Numbered from the whole stretch's first letter, positions 12,844 through 27,594 are shown. The stretch is 63,796 nt of DNA, filler included, from Bigelowiella natans CCMP2755 (GCA_000320545.1; 10 parts of 10 records of this genome joined end to end with filler, not necessarily neighbours in it), one strand, 5' to 3'. Program-made: numbers and translations. The notes: generated by a model from the letters alone, not told the origin.

Positions 12844-13049
12844 GGTGATTATCGGGTGGGATATTAACACATACATAGTGCGCCACTTACGAACTACGAT
12901 TGCGCTTTCTTCGGAGAGGCCCATGATGGGCCATAATCTGTAGCATACATTCTAACAAAATAAAATTTCCAACTCTCGCACAGCCCTACCTCAACTTCCA
13001 CATTGTGCCTAAGCGACAAATTTGTGTGCGAGGCACTGGACACACCTAT

Positions 13050-13760
13050 GTAGTGCATACATGTGCACTGATCGAGGCGCATTGCGCGTCGGACCTAACG
13101 GTCCAAAGCTGACACATATGCTTATGCATGTTAATGCAGCATCATCCATCCAGCTAGCCAGTGACATAGAGTGAAGCACACGTAAAATTTTGACACAACA
13201 CTAGCACCTACGATCTAAACATGCCTGCATGGCTAGATGGCGAGCTAGCGAGTGATGTGTTGCCGCCTGTTTGTAGTGATTCATCGGTGTCCATGCTGAG
13301 CGCAATGACTACTAGATCGGAATAACTACATGATCTGTTTTTGCTAGTTTGGTGCGTAAGGTCATCTAGTCATGCCATCATGTCTAGTTTTAGAGTTGAT
13401 CAATCTTGTTCTGTGCCTGCAAACATGCCTGTGTGTGCACCAAGCAGTGTGTGCATCTCATGTGTTTCTTTCCAAGGTTGCTGCATGAGCTCCTATCTAG
13501 AGGTAGAACAAACATGTCATGTGTCCTCACACCAACTACAGCATCCTCCCCTTCTAGCCTTCCAGGTCGACGATGAACGAATGTGCGGGAGTGTTTATGC
13601 AGCCCTCTTCTGAGACGAGCATTTCGTGCACCGACGCCAAGAACGACCCGATTGCCAGTCGTCCCTTCGAGAACGATGCGTTGCAATGAGCATGGATTGG
13701 GAGAAACCACTCCCAAATAAAAAGTAAGAACATTTCAGACTCCGTCCAGTTTCCGTCCGC
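13050..13760. other. TpA-depleted intergenic tract 2 (partial depletion)
   Basis: Rich in CATG/TGCA. Most residual TA lie in CTAG, CTA or TAG. Confidence 0.6.
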
Positions 13761-14689
13761 CCACATTGATTGCAGCGGCTTACGTGTAACGATAATCGTT
13801 TTAAGTCATAATCTCACGTTACCAACATTAAACTTCTTTTGCTCTATTTTACTCGCAGTCTCGTCGTACATGAATAGCGGCGCTTTTTCACCAATGTTTC
13901 ATCAATTCACATCAGCGTGTAACATTAAATTTGTATAGCACACCCAACGTCCACGTAACAGTCTCAAGATAGGCTTTGCCAGAAGTAATTCTCACATTTT
14001 CGAAATAGCATTGTTTTGCACATGCGTTGATTCTTGTTTATTGCTGTGCCGTTACGCAGAAGGGATTAGCGATCGTAAATTCTAGACATCCACGCTGCAC
14101 GTAGAACATTATTTTTCCTTTCGCATATTCTAGTAATCTGGCTTCTGGTTGCAGGTTGGCTAGTTGGTGACGATATGCTAACATGCTAGCATGGCCAACT
14201 AGCCAGGCGTGCGGCACAAGAATCTCGAAATGATATTCGTACATGCTTGATTTTATAAATTATTATAACTGACTGTTTATTTCGAATTTAAATAATGTAC
14301 CGATGATTGCTTTGATCGACACAAAACGCAGTATCTACAGCAAATCCATATCTAGATATGTCTAGCGAGCTAGATGTGCGCAAATTGTGAGCTGGCTAGC
14401 TGGTGCTTATATATACAATCTAGATGTATCTCGATTTTGAAAGTTGCTTCTTATACACCAGCGCATTTAATATGATATGAAATTAATTTCGCTGCGACAG
14501 TCTATAGCAAGCAGAATCCGATTGTTGTTCATGCTGCTGCTGCAGCTGCTGGGAACCAACTGGGGCACTAATAGATTCGCCATCTGCTGATGAGGGTGTG
14601 GATGCAGAGGAATCAGGAATTGCAGCCGTTGGACACCATTGAAAGCACGGCTGCTTCCCAGCAGGATCCTGAAGACATAGAGAGAGGGA

Positions 14690-14727
<38 letters not shown>

Positions 14728-16405
14728 AGTTACAAAACGCCTTCTAACCATATCAGCCAGAATATTAGTAAGAGGGAAAGGGGGAATTATGAAGTGCCTC
14801 GTCTCTTGGAAGAGGTGCCTTCCCCCACGTCATCACGCAGGAGCAGTCGTCGAAGTTCGGCTGATGACAGCGACATCATATATCAATGTGGTCACCATCA
14901 CGTTGGCGCATGGCGATGTTAGCAAGACACGTTTCCGGCGGGAGGGGGAGAGGGGAAGATGGGAGACGATAAAGGACCGCACACCAGCAGCGCTCAACTG
15001 CTTCTACAAACGACTCCTACCTCCATCGCCATCGGTAGACCAGCAACCTACATTTTGTTCATGATTCAGTCACGCTCTCCCACCAATCAATCACACGTGC
15101 ATCGAAAGGGGGAAGAGGTAATGTAACGATGTCTCCCGACTCCGCATGGCGTGATGACGACAGCAGCATCTTGCTGTTGGTATATCCGATTGGGGGAGGC
15201 TGCGGAAATGGCATCCTCCTTAAAAAAAAACAATCCTTTTCGGAGAGCCGAGAAGACTACACCTACATTGTTTTCTATGGCGGCATCTTCACCTCATTGA
15301 AGAAACGCTGAGTCGGTCTTTGGCAGAGGCCGACACACATTCCTACCAGCACGGCACAGTCAAGGACATAACGAGCGAGGCAGGAATACGCAATCAGCAT
15401 CAATCGCGGATTAAACGCGTCACATCGATCACTGATTTCCTTGGTTCGTTGTGCATTTCATAATGTACAGCGAAGAAAAAGACGCGCATGCGAGGACAGG
15501 AAACAAACAAGGGGGGGGAAGGGGGGGGGGGGAAGGCAAACTAAATCGCAGCGCGAAAGCGATGTCGGCATCATCGGTTGGAGACAGCGACGATATCGTA
15601 CTTGGGCAGTGTACCTGCACAACCCGTCTCGGTGAGGAAACGACACTTCTCAATCCGAACCGCCGATTCCCATGTTGCTCCGTCCTCTCGTGACCACGGC
15701 TCGACCTGCAGATAGGAGATGCACAGGCGCGACAGCAAGATCAAGAACGAAGGAGCAGCGACATTTGTTGTCGGTCTTCCAGCACGGTGTTCTTACCTTT
15801 GAAGGGCCTACTAGGAAAGCAAATAGCCTAGAGGCAATCAAGGGTAGGAGGAGGTCAGCGGGTATGGCGACTCAAAGGTGCCTGCTGCAGCAACCACTGC
15901 TATTTTCTCGTGTAATGCGTGTGCTCGCGTTGCAGATTATAATTTATAATAATGGCAAATACTCATGCTGGGCGGCCTCTCTCTCTCTCTCTCTCTCTCT
16001 CTCCTCCTCCCTCCCTCCTCACACAATAGCTCTCGTGTGGGGAAAATATGTATAGCGGTATCTCTTTTTACAAGCACTATAAAATATATCTCTCGATACT
16101 CTCAAAAGCCAAACCCTATGTGCGGGGAGGGACCAAAAGGTATTCACTCTCAGTGATATCTCTTCCTACCCAGAGAAAACGATTTTTCTCTAAGATGGGG
16201 GGAGATATATATATATTTTGTGTGTGTGTGTGCGCGTATATACANNNNNNNNNNNNNNNNNNNNNNNNNNNNNNNNNNNNNNNNNNNNTTAATTAATTAA
16301 NNNNNNNNNNNNNNNNNNNNNNNNNNNNNNNNNNNNNNNNNNNNTATATATATATATATATGTATTATTGATACATGGTATGTACTCGCGAGAAAATGAT
16401 TTTTT

Positions 16406-16563
16406 TTGGCATCTGCGAAGGTGCCTTCTGATGAGCTCGAAGCTACTCTTGAACCCGTGTTTGCTCTTTACAAGATGAGGCGCAAAACAAACGAAGGTAT
16501 ACAATACATGCTGATATATGTTTGTGCGTGTGCGTGTGTGTGTGTGTGTGTGTATGTTATTGT

Positions 16564-16607
<44 letters not shown>

Positions 16608-16976
16608 ATCTATTTGCGCGCGCTCATTTGTGTGTGTATGGGTGTGTGTGAGTGTGTGCTAACTTAAGTAAAATGCGTGAGTGCGTGTGATCCGAGAGCC
16701 TCATCCTCTCAACCAACCGGTGCGCGTATAAAATGGGGGAGAGGGAAATAAAGGCGAGGGGGGAAGAGGGGGGGGGTGGATTGAATCTCGATAAATGCTC
16801 GATTTCCCGTTCAGGCTTTGGTAACTTCTGCAAGCGCGCGGGGAAAGTAAGGATAGCATATGTGTAGTGATGGTATAACCGTTACATAGACGGTCTCGCG
16901 TGCGGCGGCAGCAGTGAGTTTGAATGAAGCCAAAACTGTGCGTGAGACGTGCGTGGAATGCCCGCACACACGCACG

Positions 16977-17028
<52 letters not shown>

Positions 17029-17805
17029 CTGGCAAAAACAAGTCTCATTATGAAGCTGATATACTGCTATACTATATATTATATGCTAAAAAACATGGGT
17101 TAATTCCGCGCTCCATGCCGTTGGCGATTCAGGCACAAATCGCCGCTTTCGCCGAAAAGTACGTTCCCGGCTCCTACAAGGACATCGTCGATGGAAAGAA
17201 GGTAGTGCCTTAGCACTTAGCTGTGTGCGTACACAAGCATGATGCTGCTGCTACGGGGGGTCTCGCATTCTACGGGTGGGAACCCTCGAAACTCGTGATT
17301 GGCTTTTTTTTGCTTTAATTGATATGTGACGTTTGATGTTTTTGTGTTGTTTCCGAAGGTCATCGTTGGCCAGGGCAAGGTGTGTGCTGCGCCAATATGC
17401 GTTGTAGCCTAGCCGTTAGAGCGTGTGCGTGATGTGCGTGTGCGCATAGCTTTGATGTGTTCTCTAAGTGGTGCGTGTGTTACGGGATAGAATAAGTCTC
17501 TCAAGGTGGATGAAGAGCTTCATACCCGCATCAAGGTAGACGCATGGCTGCGAGGTCGCACGTGCAAGATAGAGGGCATCACATCTGAAAAGCCAATTTC
17601 TACGCCTCGCGAGTGCTTGTAGACGCGTGCGCCTTGTTAGAGATGGATGAACTGACACGACTTTCGCAGTCTTGATTTAATGGAAATAATAATACCCGGA
17701 AGGAGAGCTCTTCTTGCGCATTTTACTTTCCCGTGAGCGACGTTGTGTTTCATCATCAGGCGCTGGCCAAGAAGAACAAGATGTCGATGCAGCAATTCAC
17801 CACGA
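16406..17805 (+). CDS. sir: C-terminal exons of ferredoxin-dependent sulfite reductase (5' part probably in the gap)
   Basis: KVPSDELEATLEPVFALYKMRRKTNE|GFGNFCKRAG matches the SiR/CysI C-terminal LEP.F..Y..R...E.FGDF..R.G pattern. It continues AQIAAFAEKYVPG..|VDEELHTRIK|ALAKKNKMSMQQFTT. Confidence 0.75.
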
Positions 17806-18124
17806 GTACGTGCCCATTCAATGCGGGAGAACCGTGCGACCCTAACGAAGGTTTTTGTATGCGCCTTAGAAATCCTGATGGACGGCATTTACGGCATGGA
17901 GCCGTGAATCGATCAATAGCGGTGCCCTGCGTGCGCTCGCGAGTTTGTTTGGCCGACAGAGTTATTCAATATCCATTGCGGCTTGTATATACAGAGATTG
18001 GCGCAGCACGCATTTCCCTCTGGGGTGTCTCTCCAAGAAATGCTTGTAATATTTTCACTAAGACGGGCAGGTTCGGGGGGGAAGCGTTCTATACCTAGAA
18101 ACCAAGAGTTGCATGCATACACAT

Positions 18125-18163
<39 letters not shown>

Positions 18164-18299
18164 GATATATTAACACGCACATAGACCACCACCCTCCGTC
18201 ATGTTTGTCTGCAATTCCAAGCTGGTTAGATAGCAGCGGGTGGGGTTGTCGTGGAAATGGCAATGTTTAGCACCGTATAATTACGCATCAAACGTGTCA

Positions 18300-19200
18300 T
18301 ACACCGTGCACTGCGCTGCATGTAAATCTATATATATATCCGAACAAATGCGCGTCTGAGCATGATGATAAATGTTTGCATGGAACTTGTTTCTCGAGTT
18401 GCACCCTGCCAAATCGAGCGAGCAGCACATGGGTGGTGTTTTCAATGATGGACATGATGTGCCATGTGCGCATCCAATGTGATGCATGCACATGTGTGAA
18501 TATGTACAATGACACATGTGTGCATGTGCACATCACATTGCTGCACGTACGTGTCTGTTGTTTTGTTTGTTGTTTGTCACACGCTAGCATGTGCATCCGT
18601 AAACCTGTGGCAAAATCTGCATCCGATGTCGATGACGCCAGAACGGACTAGCAGAGTGCATGTGGAAGCATACCACAGCATGCTAGCATGCCAGCATGCG
18701 CGCGCAAATGTTTGACATTTGACGTGCAAAGTGAATCCCGTTGGGCTCTGTTTCCAGGGCTGTGTTTGCACATCTAGATGTGTGTGATGTGCAAGTAACA
18801 ATGATGATGATTGTTGCAACCGCCAACAGCGGTGTGGTTTGCAAGGCACACCTCGCAAGGCGATGCGACCATGTTGTGCGATTGTGTCATTGTGCTGTGA
18901 CACATTGCATTGTCACACTTGTGTTTTGAAGGGAGTGTTTTTTGAGGGCGGGGGTTCCATGTGCAAAGTGTGTCAGCATTTATGCACATGCATGTGTGCA
19001 CATCAAAAAGTTTGGTTTTTGAAAAGCCCCACAAGCCCCTCGCAATTTGGAAAATGAAAGAGGCGAATGAAGCACCAATTTGAGCGGGGTTGAAATTAAA
19101 AATGAAGAGGAAAATTATGCAAAGAATTGAACATTGCGACATCAAATGGAAGAGTTGAAAAATGAATTTACCGAAGATAGCATGCTAAAGAGCACATTCA
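18300..19200. other. TpA-depleted intergenic tract 3
   Basis: Very few TA between 18600 and 19080. Spurious Cys/His/Met-rich ORFs occur on both strands. Confidence 0.8.
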
Positions 19201-19311
19201 TAACAACAGTATGCGTTTAATGCACTCATCAACACGACCACTAACTAGCACAGCTCTACATCGCTCATCATTCGACCACCATCAATGCCATATCAACCAA
19301 TCCACACTTCA

Positions 19312-19763
19312 TCAGTTTTTCCGTTTCAACAGTAAGCTATCTATCGCGGCTGTGGTTGCTCTGCTGCTGCTGCTGCTACCAACCGTAGTGTGCGTCTTTA
19401 GCTTCTAATTCGCCTTCATGCCCACTAGGCACTTGACTATGTTCAAATGGCCATTTGCAGCACCCCGCATCAACGGCGTCCATCCTAGCGGCAAGAGAAA
19501 ACAACGTTTGTCATCAACTACTTCCTTGCACAACGATGCTGCTAGTACCACTCCTACTACTACTACAACGACGACGATGGGTCTGAACTAAATCACACCA
19601 TTCACTCAATTGCTTCAACTACACTGCCTCAATACCATCTACTACTACTGCTGCGGCTTTTTGCACCTTCGTCATCCTTCGAATCGATGCTCCCCCCTCC
19701 CTCTATCAAAAGCTTCAGATTTGGAACATCGTTCTGGCGCACAGCCCGGAAGATGGCGGACAT
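19312..19763 (-). CDS. Short or truncated ankyrin-repeat protein
   Basis: MSAIFRAVRQNDVPNLKLLIEGGGSIDSKDDE|GWTPLMRGAANGHLNIV|..LLLKRKN*. Confidence 0.6.
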
Positions 19764-21103
19764 TGCTCTGCTGCCTCTTTGACCACCCCCCCACGATGGA
19801 AAATCAAGCGTTCGTTCGAAGCGACGACTCGCTCCAAAAACCACCGTTTGCGCGGCGCTGTGATGAATAGGCGAAGGAGCGAAGGAGCGAATGAGCCAAG
19901 AGACCCCGATGGCGCACCTTCCCACCCCCTCGATCACGAAAGAGAGGGTAGATTTGAATGAGCTAAAAAATGACGCAAAAAAGCAGCCCAGCGCGACAAC
20001 ATATGTTCGATGTCGCAGGCGGTTTTTTACGTGGTTTCAAGTGCGCGACAACGAAATTATCATGTCGCAGGTAGATATTATTCTGTCACCGCCTCTCGGA
20101 ACTCGGCCGGATTTCGAACGGAAGGCCGAAACGGCTGCTAACTGACAATCGAGCAATGGGGAATCAGGTGTGCTTTGCCGCACGAGATGTCCCTGCCCTC
20201 CCAACAGGGAGATTCAACCTGGCTGAGAGCGACGATGAGGAAGAGGACACGAGGAGGAAGAGTAATGACGCACTGCGCGGTTTAGCTAGAGTTTGGGCGG
20301 GCTTCCCGGCCTCTCCACACGCTCTCTAAATGCGAGTGTAAATCTCCCCCGCCTGGAAGTCATTTCTGTGTTTCTGTTTGCTTCGAGGGGGTGGGCTGGC
20401 TCGGCTGATTATTCCTCTGACATGGCTCTTTCGATTGCATCTCACTATCTTTCCTTGCTACGCTCCAGGCTCGCTTAAAAACAAAACCGCTAGGGGAGAA
20501 AGGAGAGGTGCATCCAGCTACAAGACTTTACTTTCTAGCGATAACGGCGTAGGAAAATCGAAACGCAGGCGAAAATTTTACATGCAAGAACCTAATTTCT
20601 CAAGATGGAAATTCACCTTCTGTCTCCGCCTTGCCCCCCCCCCCCCCTCCCCTCACCACAGAGTCATCCTATCAGAGAAAGAAGAAGAAGAGGGGGCGTC
20701 GGCGGCGTCGACGGCGTAACGACACCGATGACGACCGCAGCTCATACGGTTCCACATCAGCCGCGCGGACTCACAGTCCGTCTACGGGGGGAGGGGTGAA
20801 GAGTGGTAAATGATGCAATCCTGCTAAACAACCTCTCTCTCTCTTTTTCTCTCTCTCTTTCTCCCTCGCACGCACAGTCAGTAGATTCTCGAATATAGTA
20901 ATGCCAAGAAGTATGGAGAGCGTGCTATTGATCCACAAACAAGGAGCTTGGATCTCAGCTCCTAGTCTTCTTTCCCCGTTCGACTCATGCCGTCTTGTTT
21001 CGCTTTTCGCGTAGATCTACCTTCGCCGCGACCCTCCCCGGCGTCTAAGAAGAGTCATCCTGAGAGAGGAAATTTTCGCAATTCAATCCTGTTATCTGTC
21101 TCT

Positions 21104-21552
21104 ATGGATAATATCGGAAGAAGCAGAACGTCTCCACGCCAAGTGGAGAGCAAGGCGGGGGGGGGGACAACGCAGACGTCGCCAGATAGAAAGGCAGAGC
21201 ATCTTGCAATGAATACATCGACCCAGACTCTCAAAATTCAAAGTCCCAATGCCAGTGCTCTGTATCACGCTAGTGGCTTTTCTACCACCGAGCTCATTCG
21301 AACTACTGAGCTCACTCAAACTCTCCCAACTCAAAGTCCCAATGCCAGTGCGGCCTCTCAGCATCACGCTAGTGGCTTTTCTGCTAGCGAGCTCTCCCAA
21401 CTGAAGAAGAGGATAAGGTACAAGAGTCGGGGCTTCGTCGTCTTAGTAGTACCGTTTTCATGATTCTTTTGTTTATGGCGATATTGCATCATATTTACTG
21501 ACAGCATACCTATGTATAAATAGGTATGCTCCTGTGCGCGTGCGCGCGCGTA

Positions 21553-21587
<35 letters not shown>

Positions 21588-21636
21588 TCGTCGGTGTGCG
21601 TCTGTGTAATAAGTAACATCAATATGATATAATATA

Positions 21637-21671
<35 letters not shown>

Positions 21672-22060
21672 TGTGTGTGTGTGTGTGTGTGTGTGTATTG
21701 CTATTTGAGTTTCGCCTATAGAACGATTATGTGTGCCCATTCATTACGGCATCGAAGAGAGATGGTTCTACGGCATCTCAACTAGCAGCGTTTCGCGCGT
21801 GTTCGCGGTCGTTTGTGCTATAAGAGCACAGATCATTTGTTCTCGTTTATGCTCTAGAAGCTCTGTGCGACTCACATTGGTGGTAGCCTGTGCTTCCTGT
21901 TGATGCTCAGCCTTCCTTGCCAAGTGTGGTAGTGACGTATTATTTCTTATTGCTCTGGCAGGGGGACGAGCGTGGAGAAGTGGATTAAATACTTTCGTAA
22001 TAATATGAAGGTTGGTGTTTTTCCGTGTGGTTCTCTCCCCCTCCCCCCCCCCTCGCCCCC

Positions 22061-22106
<46 letters not shown>

Positions 22107-22302
22107 CTCTCTCTTGCTTTCTCGTGTTTGGTGTGGTGTAGCATGAATAGACTCGCTAAGACGTATATGCACACATCCAAACACAACTGGATCTCTTTCC
22201 AGCTATCTTATATAGGAATCGTAGATACGATCTGTGTAAAATGCACTTTCTATATGATTATATATTATTTATAACTTTTACATAAATGTGTACATATATA
22301 TA

Positions 22303-22352
<50 letters not shown>

Positions 22353-22903
22353 CAAAAGTATTTTAAAGATGTATATACCATACCCATACGCACAGTGGTC
22401 ATTGTATCAAAACGGGAACGGTTACGTCGATGAGCTTCTCTACTTTGTGGACCAAATCTCCAAGATAAATTCTCGAGGGGTACTGCTGCGGTTGCGCTAT
22501 GCGTCATTTGATGTGTGTATTCGGAATGCTATTAAATATTATTGCAAACGCTAGCGAAAATTGTCTATATTTTGCATATGATTTACGAGCGAACAACGCC
22601 CCATGCCTATTTGCCACCACCTAGCTATTCAACAGACATCTTTCAACCGACCAAAAACCGCACTGACAATCACTTACCCGAAACACTCGCATATACACAC
22701 ACACGCGCACGCGCGCGCGCACGCACATATCCCAACACACAAACTAACACCGCAGATAAAGCAAAAGCGTGTAGCAGCAATAACCGACGGGGCTATTTAC
22801 AACATCAAAGCTGAAAAAAATGGAGACTTGGAAATCAAACGCAGGGTTCATTCCAACATGTTTAGCAGCCACCCGCATCTGCAAATTACGATAATTTATA
22901 TTA

Positions 22904-22941
<38 letters not shown>

Positions 22942-25143
22942 CAAAGCATATGTATTTTACACAAAACACAAACGCTCACGAACATTCGTGTGGAGTTGCG
23001 AATACCCCCAATACTTAGATGCGGTGCATACAATTTGAGTTGATGCTGCTTCTTTCATACTTTCCTACAGATTCCTCTCGAGGCCATCGATATGGTTACG
23101 AAGAGCTCCGTGTCTGGGCTGTTTATTCTCCACGTTCCTAATGAGTGCGTAATTCTCGTCGTCACCATGAATATCATCATCACCATGTTGTCTCTTTCTC
23201 CCCCGTGTTCTCTTTCTTTCCCTCTCCCTCTTTTCTCTTTTACACGTTTTAGTTTTTATGCTAGAGTTGCGTAAGCTGAAGGAGGTCTTAGAAGTGAGAC
23301 GTCACTACAATCGGCTAAGTCTGCCTTTTATACTCCGCCCCCCCTTTCCTCCCCCCCTCGCCTGGTTCCCCTTGTAGGTATGACTATACCTTCGAGGCCG
23401 CGGTGGAAAAGAGAGATTTGCTGATATTAATCTTGCAAAAACTCTCCCCGAGCATTCGCGTCCAAGTCTCTCAGGAAAGCGACATACAAAAATACGCATT
23501 GAAGAAAGAGAACGTAATACAAGCGTGGATGGATAGATGACAGACTCGCGCCACTGGTTCTATGGAATATTTTTGCGTCGCTGATTTCGAGAGAGTTATG
23601 CTTGATGAGCAGATGAAGTGTTCGTTGATAAATACCTTTGCCAAAAACCTTTGGTAGAGTGTGGATAGGAAATCGGATGCTGGAGAATCGATTCCCGCTC
23701 TCTCGCGCTCTCTCAACCTCAAAAAGTCCAAGGAGCACGGGGCCTATGCAAATGCACTGGTCACTTTGCTGAACCGCGAAGAACGTAAGTTGGTGATTTT
23801 TTCCCCATGCTATTTGAGGCGGTTGAAGAAGGAATAGTACGCGGAGGCCGCACCGCGACTCATCGAGCAGACCTGCTTGACCATACATGGTCTGCACAAA
23901 GTCAGGCTCTCGCGGAATTTTTAATATTACGCAATAATATTAGGCATTTGCAAAGACCTCTTTAACATATTCGAGGGTGTTCTCTACGGCCTACACCCCC
24001 GGAAAAGTCCTGCTTCGCAGCTGAACGTGAGCAAACACCACTGCGCAAACCAGCAGTCACCACACCTCGAGCCTCCGCCTTTTCGCTCTCCACAAGCGCA
24101 CAATTTTGATGAGCTGCCACTTATCTATTGATGTATATATATACCTGAAAGAAATCTATGCTCTCTTTGATGTGCCGCTCACAATCTCTGCAATGTTTCT
24201 TGGGTTCTCGCGCCGTTGGTCTCGAAGCTGGATTCTTGGAAAAGGGCGTTTGGGGCCTTGGAAGGAGTAGGATTTTTGCACTCCAGGTTGGCTGCAAGTT
24301 TACAGTTGTTAGTAGGCTTTTCTCTCTCTTTTACATTTCTTTCTATTTTGATATTTCCGTGTATATATATATATATATATATATGTTTGTGTGTGCGTGT
24401 GTGTATGTGTGCTTGAATCTATTTCAATCTCTTGCGCTAATCACAATTAGATACGTTTGCCCAGACATACAAGATTCCGTAAGCTTCCCCACTAACAACA
24501 GCGCCGCTCATAACACACGTTCATGAGCACATAAACGTGCATAGAACTCTTTGCATGATGCACCACAAAGTCAGGATGACCACATTGATTTCTACTAAAT
24601 ACAGCGTGCTAGATTTGCAAGGCGCTAACAAGATATCAATGTAGATATAATCCACTATGCATCTTCGATATGGGATATTTTGACATTCAGCTGACTGGAG
24701 GTGGTGACGCATGGAAAGTGTTAATACAAAGAGCACCCGTCCTTAAAAAGGGTAATAGTTTCTCTCACAACATGCATATATACTTCGCTGTCATCGAATG
24801 CTCTATAGGCCTAAAGGGATTCAAAGTCTGTACTGTGTTTCACGTTAGCTAATTTGGCAACTACATGCACAAACACGCACACGCACACACACACACACAC
24901 ACTCACTCACTCACTCACAAATTACGCGTACGCGTGCTGACTATGATTATCTAATTCATGGAAGTAGAAACAGGCAATTTAACGATACATTCATAAAATT
25001 TGTCCAGTTTATGAGAGCTTCATTGAGGAATGGCCAGTCTGCATGCGCGAGCTCAAAAACCTGATGAAAAAGACCTTCGTCCAAAAATATATCAATAGGA
25101 AAAAGGTGCTGCAGAGAAAGCTTGCGTTAGGAAGATGTATATA

Positions 25144-25185
<42 letters not shown>

Positions 25186-25227
25186 GTTGAGTGAATATGT
25201 TAAGTAATGTTGGGTAATTATATATAC

Positions 25228-25304
<77 letters not shown>

Positions 25305-25761
25305 TGATATATTAAGAGGTATATTAATAGATTTATGTAATATATTACTGTATATAAATGTGTACATAGTGGACACAACCTAGAAAATATCAGTTACGAT
25401 TCTTTTATGAAGCAGATTAGTAACAGCGATAATATGACACTTAACTTTGCTTCCGGCGCGGAGCAGTGTGATAGAGAAGATCATATGTGACTGTTTGGGT
25501 CTGTCGCTGTATTTGTGTACCATCAGACAAGGTTCCCCCTTCTGAACCTTGAGAGTTTAATGCTCCGACCGCTCGAGCACTGCTCAAGATATGAGATTGA
25601 ACTAAAGGCCTTAGTAATCTCCAATCAAGGTAAGATGAACGTTTGGCACTCTCCCTTTGCTCCCCCCGATGCAGAACTTCCAAAATAATCGACGTGTTTT
25701 TTTACGAAATCGCCTCGATCATTCTCACACCAAGAGAGGCCAGCATGAAATCAAATCGTTT

Positions 25762-25807
<46 letters not shown>

Positions 25808-26123
25808 CTCCCCCCTTCTTCCCTTTGGAGAGACAGCCAGTGTCGTAGGGAATTCTCAGTAGCTATTATTGCGCACACCCCATTTCACTCATATTTTGGC
25901 GTGCGAATGCTTGTTATAATTGCTCGTCCTCCCGCGAGTTCATTTTTGCATTTGTTGCGGCTCCTCATCCCACATATTGACACGTGGTGTATTCTTGGCG
26001 ACAGTAACGCTGCAGCAAAAGAACACCGCTCGGGCAGCGCTGGAGGTTGTGGCCAAATTGGCGGCGAGGTGCAATCAGATCCTCAAAAGGGAGTACGGAC
26101 AGCGGAGACAGCAGAGGAAATAA
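21104..26123 (+). CDS. Multi-exon protein with a myosin-TH1/PH-like domain (ends uncertain)
   Basis: Exons at about 22395-23480 give [16 protein letters not shown]|[21 protein letters not shown]|[25 protein letters not shown]|YDYTF, the TH1 consensus. Flanking exons are inferred. Confidence 0.6.
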
Positions 26124-26124
26124 G

Positions 26125-27000
26125 CAGCATGCATGCTGCATGCATTCAGCTCGTTTGTGATGGAATGCTTGAGCGTTTATTTCTAATGTTCATGAGTAGC
26201 CACCGCGACAGCGATCATCCCGCACAACATGGCTGTCGGCGCGATGCACAAGCTCATTGCAGCGTCTCTACACAACAGCGTGGCGCATAGTGACCATTTG
26301 CACATCAAGACATTTCTGAACGTGCTTTCAGTTAAGATGCATGCTACACTATGCTACTCTTTGCTGCAAAACTAGACTAGCATGTACGCGGATTTTGTGC
26401 GGACAATGCGATGCGTTGGGATTTGGTAATCGCGATGATGATCTATCATGATAGTCGATCAGGGTGTCTTGCATGAATGGATATAGGCGAAAGGGATCGG
26501 ATAAAAATAAATAATTGAGAAATGCTCGCTGAAGCCATAGTCGTCATTGCGCTTTTCAATGTGCGGTAGCTAGCGCGTGTTGTAAGTTGGCAGCGCTGAT
26601 CATGTACGTGCACGTATGCAACATGCATTTTTGTTTTAATTTTGCCAGTTACATGCACAGTGTCTGCACATCGACCATGCTTGCATGGATCGAGCATTTA
26701 CTAGGTGATCACGAAAAGTTAAAGGTGCAACCCATTTCAATTCAGCACTCATCTAATATTAATTCTTTCAGGGGTCTTTAATGTCAAAACGCAAATGTGA
26801 GCCTGGTGCATGCTGCTGTCTATCATTGTCCTTTTAACCATTCGTTGATCAAGTTGTATGCCAGAGCATAGCTCCCTAATCCAACACACGTAAATGCATC
26901 TGTGAAACGGCTAACAACAATTCCACAAGAAACACACTGCATGAGGCAATACGCATTCTAAACAATGAGCACCCGCAGCAGCTTGGGACAAATGCAACTA
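26125..27000. other. TpA-depleted intergenic tract 4 (partial depletion)
   Basis: Rich in GCATGC/TGCA with reduced TA, lying between convergent genes. Confidence 0.55.
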
Positions 27001-27594
27001 TAGATCGGTTCCCAACTTCGCCTTAGCGCCATTACAAATGTGATGAAAATGAGCTGATTGCTGTTCGCGCGCGAGCCTGCATTCACTTACCAGGAATGCT
27101 CAGTTTCTCAGAAACATGCCCCTCTGCCATTTCCTTCACACATCTTTGCATCTGGGCTCTGGGGGGGGGGGGGGGGGGGGGGGGGGGGAAGAACGAAATG
27201 ATACGATGACTTAATTTGGTGTTCATAAAGCCCGGAAACCTGCAATAAACACCAAGCCGTCTTTCTCTTTTTTTAAAAATCATGAAATTGCACTGCTACC
27301 TGGACACCCACTGAGCGTGCTCGAGCTCGTTTTCGTCAACCATGATTTCTGCAAGCCCCCCCCCCTCCCTCTCCTCCACTTCCGCATGAAATCCGAGCAT
27401 GAGGGACTGGGGGAAGGGCCAAGGCTGCGAGCCGACGTACTGTATCGAGTCTCGCTGATTGGTAGTGTTTTCCAATGGTTTGAGTTCACTTATATCTCGC
27501 GAATATACTGCAAAACGCGCGTGCAGAAGATAATTACCTACTGTTTGCTTACTTGCGTGTTTGTGTATGTGTGTATGTGTGTATGTGTGTATGT

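Noticed and set aside
14467-15860. Possible exons of an unknown gene
   Set aside because: Coding-like stretches occur on both strands, but no consistent spliced model or recognisable motif could be built.
16245-16344. N44-TTAATTAATTAA-N44 motif, also at 42042, 44770, 50612, 51956, 53481, 59404, 60729 and 62498
   Set aside because: Artificial scaffold linker with stops in all six frames, not biological.
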